This document shows positions 53,762 to 64,000 of a stretch of DNA of 64,000 nt, in pieces. The position numbers were made by a program, and so were the translations under genes. Source of the stretch: the human T2T-CHM13v2.0 reference genome, Homo sapiens; NCBI RefSeq assembly GCF_009914755.1, contig NC_060935.1; one strand, written 5' to 3'. Every line of letters begins with the position of its first letter. Within the stretch, counting starts at the first letter, position 1. The notes beneath the pieces were generated by a model that had not been told where the DNA came from, made no database searches, and was given only the letters and a program-made list of their open reading frames with translations.

Positions 53762-54030
53762 GAACTATAAACAAATTTGACAAAATTGGAGGATACAAAA
53801 TTAGCATGCAAAAATCACTTCCATTTCTATACATTGCCAATAAACAATTCCAAAAGGAAAAGCAAATAACTTCATTTATAACAGCATTGAAAAGAACAAA
53901 ATATTGAGGATTTAATTTAATCCAGGGGATGAAAGACTTGTACACTGAGAATTATGAAACGTCGCTGAAATTAAAGACAAATAAATGGAAAAGTCTTCTG
54001 TGTTCTTAATACTATTAAGATATCAATACT

Positions 54031-54363
<333 letters not shown>

Positions 54364-54815
54364 TCACTGCAATTCTTATTAAAATCTCAGTGAAATTTTT
54401 TGCATGCATTGAAAAATCTGTCCTAAAATTCATATGGAATCTCAAGGGATTTCAAATGATCAAAACAATTTTGAAAAAGGACGAAGTTGGAGGACTTACA
54501 TTAATGAAAATGAAACAAATATAGGAAATATTGAGCAAAGAAACTGTACAAATTAATGTTAATTCTATATGATTGCTAATCTGTAATAAAAATATTTTAA
54601 AAATGTTTTTTTAAATTACAAAATTTAAAAGATAAAATTACTTTGACATGGAACTAAATTTACAGAATTTCTCACTTTGGGGATGGCAAGGTTGTAAGAT
54701 ACAAAGGGAAAATGTAAAAATATATAGAACTATAGTTACCTATAAAATTATAAATTGAAGTTTGTTTTTTTCTTAAATACAGAGTTTAGACTTTTTTTGT
54801 GTGTTGATATTACCC

Positions 54816-55119
<304 letters not shown>

Positions 55120-55974
55120 GGTATTACTCTTATTCTTGAAGACGTGTCTGTTTGTGTCTAAGTCTGTGTAGTTATGGATGATTGAGTGCCTGCGTTTTCT
55201 TGGTAGGATGATTTTTCATAAAAAATACAGAAAAAAATAAATAAGATAGCGAGCCGATATTCCCTTTTGTCCTTGACCTGAATAAATAGTTAAAAATGAA
55301 GCAAAATAGGGCTAACTTTGTTTACACATGGTAGATTGTTACTTTACCTATTATGATGTTATTTAAAATAGGATAAATCAGAATTCAATAAATTTGTTTT
55401 TATTGAAATATTGTTCTCTGAAGTACTTTTTAGGGCCCAAGGCAAGTCAACAAATCTATGAACAGAGAGAAAGTGCAAGAAGTATGATTCTAAGGCAAAA
55501 AATAAGGCATTAATTTTTCTGTTGCTCTGCACCATCCAGGAGTTTTCCTGGGTTTTGGACACCTATGGAAAACTCTCATTACTTTGTTATGAATTGGCTT
55601 TGCCATTGCTGCATGACAAGAGTCATGAAGGAATAGGATCCTTACACCAAGACGGAAAAAATATGGTGTAAGAGTCACATAGTAACTCTTTCAAAGTACT
55701 TTTTGTTTTGCTTTTCCATTTTTTCAGTCTTTCACAAATTTCTAGGAAATGTGTAGCCTATTTGGTCAGTGTTGTATTGTGGGGAGGAAAAAGTCTATAT
55801 CATAATTGGAGAGGGATGGCAATACATTTACTTACCACCTCCTCAATGCTAAGAAATGACATAGACTCTTCAGATCTGGCTGGACTTTAATTTCTCTCAA
55901 CTTGCATAAACTTTGAATATCTCATCACTTGTTTCTTAAATGTAATTTTCATTTTTCATTCATCATATTTTCAA

Positions 55975-56130
55975 TTTTTTTCTTGTCTCCCCAATTGATT
56001 ATGATTACTTTGAGGTCAGAGATACTGTCTTTTCAATTTTGTATCCAAAAAACCTATAATTTACTCAATATCCAAGAAAGTTTCTGACATATCTATAGAA
56101 GCGTAATGATTATTCTCTGAGTGAATAGAT
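55975..56130 (+). mobile_element. L2 3' end (degraded)
   Basis: TTGTCTCCCCAATTGATTATGATTACTTTGAGGTCAGAGATACTGTC. Confidence 0.5.
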
Positions 56131-56356
56131 AAATTCATATAGTTGAGCAAATAGCACACAGGAAAAATATTTTATAACTGAAAAAGTTGACGCAGTCAAA
56201 GAAAACACTTTGAACCATGTGTTTTTAGCACAGGCATGAAGAGAAGAGCATTACTAAATGTCCCTTATTCTTAGAACACTTTGAGAAAACACATAGGAGT
56301 CGAGGAAAGATAGATGTCAAACTCCAGTACAGTGTTCTAAACCCCTGGCTTTGGAG

Positions 56357-56490
56357 TTTTTATTTTAAGTTCCGGGGTACATGTGCATGACGTGCAGGTT
56401 TGTTACATAGAGAAACGTGTGCCATAGTGGGTTGCTGCACCTATCAACCCATCACCTAAGTATTAAGTCTAGCATGCATTAACTATTTTT
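56357..56490 (-). mobile_element. Short L1PA8/10-like 3' end
   Basis: GGGGTACATGTGCATGACGTGCAGGTTTGTTACATAG...CACCTATCAACCCATCACCTA. Confidence 0.85.
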
Positions 56491-57479
56491 TAGGTAAATA
56501 CCAGTATTTTCAATGGTATAAAGAACTGGCAGAATATTGGCCAACAACCCTGTTTCGCTCCTGCAAATTTTACTACATGAGCAAATGTCAAAGCCTTCAC
56601 TGATATGATCAGGGGGACATGTTCATAATATGTGGTTGCAACAACACAATGTTGTAGAAGCATGACTTCCTGTCCTATTTTACCACTTCAACATTTATAA
56701 TTCAGGGATTGTAAGTCGCTGCCCTGGTTCATCAGGAGACTAATGTACCAGTCTTCTCATTGCAGTTATATAGCATCGTGCATTGCTTACTCCCTTTCTG
56801 GAAGACCAGCATGCAGAATATAAATCTCTGATGGTTAACTTCCATCTCCCAGATATTTACAAGCACTTTGATTCAGACTTAGGAAATCAGATAGTCTTTT
56901 TCTTTCAGTTAAATTTATGTGAGAACCTAATGATTCACTTGTAATAAAGTAAATAATTATCTCTGAAAAATTGTTAGTGAAATTGAATTTAGCTATGTTT
57001 ATTGTAGGAGGGATGATGATATATAAGGTACAGTTAAATTGAAAGTGCTCTGAATAAATCTGGAAAAGAAGCTTACTTTTAAAGTGAAGAAATTAAAAAT
57101 CCCTCAAAGGAACTAGAAAATCCTTCTCTGAAATGCCGTAGCTTTGATAGCACCAAAGGACTCATTTGGTTAGTCCTTAATGATCATTACGTTTCCGAGA
57201 AAATTGCCATTCAAAATAGATTAGACCGAGTCTCAATTTTAAGAGGCATACAAATAACAAAAGAATTTTATTAAAATATAGTTTTTTATTCAGTATATAT
57301 GGATGGGACTGAGAAGTTGTCATTATAACAGACTCTGAAGTAATTCTAATGCTACTCATACTTGGACCATGTAGCAAATAATAAAGAGAGAGAAAAAAGT
57401 ACTCTATATTCCTAAATTCATTCAAAATGTCTTCTCAAAAAACAATGTTTTGTAAGGTTTACATTTAAGAAACGCAAAT

Positions 57480-59945
57480 GATGGGATGGGGAAATGGAAG
57501 CATGTTGCTTAAAGCTTGTTACATTATATGTGAAGTGGTATAATATTATTGAAGTTAGACTGTAATAATTTAATGATATATATTATAAATCCCATAAAAA
57601 TTGTTTAACAATAAAAAATTAAAACAAGGTATAGCTAATAATAAAGATTAAAAATTTGCTGTGAAACAGTTCTCAATCCTCGAGAATGCACCCATATAAA
57701 AATTGTAAAAATGAGACAGTATAATCAATAGGAAATGGTAGTATTAATTCTTATATAAATATATTTATGAAACCAGTTTTAACATTCAATAAAATGTCAG
57801 GTATCATCAAGTAGAGTATAAACAGGAGATCCAGCAAAATGGTTTCTACAAGAAGGACATTTTACTAGAAAGGTATGAAACTTGAAAAAAAAATCCACTA
57901 ACTACTAAAACATTAATTTTTAGAAAGCTGTATTAATAATAATGTGGGATTTGGAACAAGTAATTTACTAAAGATATATTTTATGACCACAATGTCATTT
58001 CATAAAGAAGTCATTGTCATTTAAAATGTATCTACATCTAATTTTAAGGCTTCAGAAAATACAAGACAAAATCTGACAGAATTAAAGGAAGTGACAAATC
58101 GACAAATGAAGATTTTATCACTCTTCTCTTAACAATTGATAACATTAAAGAGAATGTCAGTAGGAATAAACCAGAACAATAGTGTCAACTTTATCTTTAT
58201 AGAACGTGAGACAAGCAATAGCAAGTGTACATTATTTTAAAGTGCTCATTGAACATTAACTGATGTAGATAAAATACTGAGCCATTAAACAAGTATCAGT
58301 AAGTTTTAAGTATTAAAATTATATACAGTATGTTATTTTACCAAAACAAATTTAAACCAGAGTCAGTTTAAAATTCACAAAGGGAATTCAAATACATTGT
58401 AAACTGAATGATAATGGAAACAGCATGTTTTAAAAAGGCTAATCTTTTCAACATTTGGTGCTGAAGTAATTGGATAACTTTGTAGAACATATGGTGTTCA
58501 AAATACTTGATTTTGAAATGAATTATAGACATAAATATAAAAGCTAAAATAATAAAGTATCTAGAAATAATATAGTAGAAAGCTTTTGTAACCCTGGAGA
58601 AAGTAAAGTTTTCTAGGAACAGAAAAAAGGGAAATACTGAAAAATTTGAGTTAATTAAAATGAAGTAATTCTAATTTTTAAAAGGCATCAAGAAAATGGA
58701 AACCTGGCCATGCGCGTGGCTGACGCCTATAATCCCAGAACTTTGGGAGGCCGAGACGGGTGTATCACTTGAGGTTAACAGTTCAAGACTAGCTTGGCCA
58801 ACATTGTGAAACCCCATCACTATTAAAAATACAAAAATTACCCAGGCATGGTGGTGCACACCTGTAGTCCCAGTTACTTGGGGGCTGAGGCAAGAGAATC
58901 ACTTGAACCTGGGAGGCGGAGGTTGCAGTGAGCTGAGATCATGCCTGGACTTAAAAAAGAAAAGAAAAAAAAAAACGTAAACCACAAAACCATAACCGAC
59001 AGAAAATATTCAACACACATATATCTCAGAAAGTTCTTGTCTTTAGAGTATATCAATAACTCTGAGAAGTCAAGGATAAAAGACTAACAACCAAAAAAGG
59101 GGGCAAAATTAATTGCAGACATACTTTACAAAACCATACTTAAGATTATTCAATATTATATGAAAAAATGCTCAATATGTTCATAACTTCAAGTTAATAC
59201 CACTTAAATTTCACTAGAATGGCGAAAAATAAAAACATGGTGGTACCATATGTTGGTAAGGATATGGAATTGGAACTCTTCTAAATTTGCTGATTGGTAT
59301 ATAAAATAGTGTAACCACATTGGAAAATAATTTTGCAAGTATCCTAAAATGATAATTATACACTCATATGACCTAGGAATGCCACAACTACAAATTTACT
59401 AGTATATGTATGTGTGTATAAATCATTATATACACATATACACAATATGTTTAGAAAATTCTAATTCCTGAATTTTCATAGCTAAAACCTAGAAAGAAGT
59501 CATGTCCATCAATAGGTGAGTGAATAAGAACAAAAAACCTGGGGTATAATTATCCAGCAAGGAAAACTACTTAGCAATCAAAAGTAATGAACTTCTGCAT
59601 CACACAACAACATGGATGAAAATCCAAAGATTTTGTTGAGAGAAGCTAGAAGAAACGAACATGTATTATATAGTTTCATTTATATAAAACTTGAGAACAG
59701 GCAAAATCTAGATCAGGCAAATCTAACCTATAGCAATAGAAATCAGATCAAAATCAATGGTTGCAGGAGGTGGTAGCTGGTGGGTTTATAAGATTATATT
59801 AAACAGAGTTAACAAACTTTTGGGGAGATGGAAATGTTATATATCTCTATTGAGATAATGGTTGTATGGGTGTATGTATTTGTCAGTGTCATCGATCCAG
59901 ACACTTAAATGATAGATTTTATTGTTTCTATGACATTTATTAGAA
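57480..59945 (+). mobile_element. Ancient L1 (L1MC/L1ME-type) fragments
   Basis: AAAATCTGACAGAATTAAAGGA (endonuclease region), TGTTGGTAAGGATATGGA, and a 3' UTR-like AACTTTTGGGGAGATGGAAATGTTATATATCT. Confidence 0.65.
58706..58976 (+). mobile_element. Alu (S/J-type) with a right-arm 3' deletion
   Basis: GAGATCATGCCTGGAC runs straight into the A tail. Confidence 0.9.
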
Positions 59946-60445
59946 AAATATTATAATTGCTCATTATATGTTTATACTGTCTTTTCGTTGAGTGAACATA
60001 AAAACCTCATGACTGCATCTAAAGCTTAAATTGAAAGTGTGCAACATCTTTCAAAGTCTGGTTTTTTAATATCACTTTCAAAAATGTTTTTGTAAATTTA
60101 AATAATGTATTATTCTATTTTTTTGGTTTCTCTTTTTAGCACTCTTATTTATCCCAGTAAACCTCTATTTTATTTCCTATGTTCTCTCCAAATAAATTCA
60201 TTTTCCTTCTCTTTTTTCATCCTATTTCTTCATTTATCAATTTTAATATACAATGGTAAGATATTTTTATTGTCTGTATTATTTTATGATATATTGATTG
60301 AATCTAGCAAAATAGTGCTTGTTCTTTAAGAAGTAGATGCGTGAACCTTTAATTATTTTTCATTATTCCTTCAAAAATAATCCCTTCCATAACATTTTAT
60401 TTTGTGGCCTTTTAAATTTCCTGTAGGTAGTAGCTCTTATTAGGT

Positions 60446-60475
60446 ATATATATATATATATATATCTATATATAT
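60446..60475. repeat. (TA)n microsatellite, interrupted
   Basis: Direct reading. Confidence 0.9.
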
Positions 60476-60679
60476 CTCATTTAATAAAATTATTAATGAT
60501 ATATTTGTTAAAATTTAAGAAACCAATCGAACAATTCCCAAGTTCATACATTCTTTTATTTTCTATTTTAATAAATACTAACAAAGCATTTGATAAGCTA
60601 AGACAAAATTAAAACTTCTCTGTCCTTTAAATATACAATTATTTCTTCATGAAAAGCAACAAATCAAGCACACAATTCA

Positions 60680-61895
<1,216 letters not shown>

Positions 61896-63079
61896 AAAGT
61901 AACTCACTAAATTTCTGATAATTTTACATTGAGCCATTATTAAGCCATATTTTCTATCTTTCAATCAGTACAGAAAAGGCAAAGAGTTTATCAATCTTCT
62001 GAGGGAAGAAATGTTATGAAAGTCAATGTTCTTGCTTATGGCAAAGAAAAGAAGAAAATTCCAGCCCATGTCAAAATTTTATTGGTTTTATTTAAACAAA
62101 TTTACACAAGGAAAATTAGCTCTTTTAGGAGAAAATGATTTTTGTTCATCTCTTACACAGTCAGTGACTTTAGCTGAACATATTAATAGAAAGATTACAT
62201 TGCCTTTGCCTACTTCTCTAAATTTCTTTGCTCTGGAATTTAACTTCAGAGATTATGCAAGGAGTGAGTTTCCTAAATTAAAACCAGTTGTTAGAAAAGA
62301 GTTTCATTAGGTGATATTACAAAAATAATTTAATTTGTATCTTTTCATGGCTAGCATCTCTTTTTTAATATTGCATATGCTAGAAACATCTGGGAATCTG
62401 TTGAAGATCTTTTGGGTGTACATATTTATTTATTATTGATTATCACAATGAATATTTCAGCAATGTGTTGGTCTTAAAGAAGGTACAAGCAGACATATTA
62501 TGCCATAATATTGAAAAAAAGAGTGACAGTGACAAGCAGAGTTTTGAAGACTGTATGTCACAACTTAGAGCAATCAACATGTCAATAGAATTAAGACAAT
62601 TTCTTGCATTTGAGTTCAATGTTTAAATATGTTTTATGAAATGAGGAAATTAGTCTGAAAATTGACTTAAGAATGTCCCGATTAAAAAAAAAAGGTCAAC
62701 CAAAGATGAAGTATAATATATTGAAAATATTGCAGCTACTTTCAATACCCTGCACTTACCTTTCCTTACTAGCCTTTTTAGTATGTGCTGATGGTTTCTT
62801 TCCTAATAGCAGCTCTGACACTTTGTCTGAGGACTTTGTTCTCACAAGCTTATGGGAGTATCATCACTTCTGTTGCAATCAACTGGCCCTCTCAGATTTA
62901 CATTATAGGTTACATTTTTTGATGGGAAGAGATTCAAAGACACAATGCAAGTGTGGATATAGAAGGTGGGGAAAACTGAAACTGATTTAAAACCATGCTA
63001 TCAAATCCAATCTCTAACCACAACAACTCATGAATCTCCAACAGCTGAATGTGCTCGGCTCCATCTCAGAATTCCCTGA

Positions 63080-63500
63080 AGTCATGTCCAGTTATGACAA
63101 AAGTCTCAGTGAACCTGCATATCATGGTCTACATCAGATCTGAATATAGTTCTTCAGGTATGGCTCCTTCTGATTTAGACACCTGTAAACTGAAAAGACA
63201 AGTTCTTTTCCCCGTATTCTAATACTCTATATACAATAGTGAGGTGTGAACAGAGTAACAGCAGTAAACTCCCACTCGGAAAGCCAAGCAGAGGGAAGCA
63301 CTTGTCACTGATCCTGAGCAGTCCTAAAATTTTACTAGCCAATATCATCTGGTCTCTTTTCTTGGGGCGGTGGGCAGGGTGGGGGGCAGTTAATAGGCCT
63401 TGGTTAGGCCCCTGCACCTTTGAAGTGTCCCTCAGTTGTTCTCCAGGGTTCTTGGCTCCACTGTCTGGGATATCTTTCCTTTTCTACCTTGACCACTTTT
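63080..63500 (-). mobile_element. MaLR internal fragment (MLT1-int-like)
   Basis: ACCTGTAAACTGAAAAGACAAGTT...TACAATAGTGAGG...AAACTCCCACTCGGAAAG. Confidence 0.5.
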
Positions 63501-63707
63501 AAAATGGAATTGGGAAATAAGCCTTTTGAGAAAGTTTTTCTACTTTCTTCTAGTCTATAGAAAAAAAAAAGTTAGATATGAGAAACTGTTTTATTCTCTA
63601 ACTCAGTAAGCTCTGACCCCTCTATATTTCTTTTAAATTATATTTGTAATTTGGGCAGTTTCTCTTTAAATCTGCTGTGTATTTTGGGACAAAAGAATAT
63701 GAGAATA

Positions 63708-64000
63708 CAGGTTGAGCATTCCTAATTTGAACATCGAAAATCTGAAATCTGACATGCTCCAAACCCTGAAATGTTTTGAGTGTCAACGTGATTCCACAAG
63801 TGGAAAATTTTACACATAAGTATTTAATACAAACTTTTTATGCAAAAAATCATTTTAAATATTGTATAAAGTTACCTTCAGACTATGTATGTAAGATTTA
63901 TATGAAGGATACATGAATTGCATGTTTAGACTTGGGTCCCATCCTCAAGGTATCTCATGCATATGCAAATATTCCAAAATCTGAAAAAATATCAAAAGCC
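63708..64000. mobile_element. Tigger4b/MER46-like MITE, runs off the window end
   Basis: TA|CAGGTTGAGCATTCCTAAT TIR, then GTTTAGACTTGGGTCCCATCCTCAAG...GCAAATATTCCAAAATCTGAAAAAA. Confidence 0.85.

Overview
AT-rich, repeat-dense primate DNA, almost certainly a hominoid and probably human, judging by the SVA, LTR12C, AluY and L1PA3-type elements. It reads as intergenic or deep intronic. No host protein-coding gene, RNA gene or CRISPR array is supported, and the longer ORFs in the track derive from LTR12C, SVA, Alu or L1 sequence. The window opens in the 3' part of a MER4-group ERV1 provirus (MER61-like LTR at 5475-5806) that carries a nested antisense solo LTR12C and two Alus. It also holds a full-length older SVA inserted at the 5' tip of an LTR26-like solo LTR, three L1s with twin-priming-type inversions, a collapsed L1MA5, a near-complete HSMAR2 mariner, and many MIR, L2, MaLR and DNA-transposon relics. 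The most unusual structures are local rearrangements: a ~228-bp piece of one L1 apparently copied 2.1 kb away into a MER2 element, and a 327-bp tandem duplication that copied half an Alu. I found no evidence for a new biological system. Subfamily names come from remembered consensus sequences and need RepeatMasker/Dfam confirmation.
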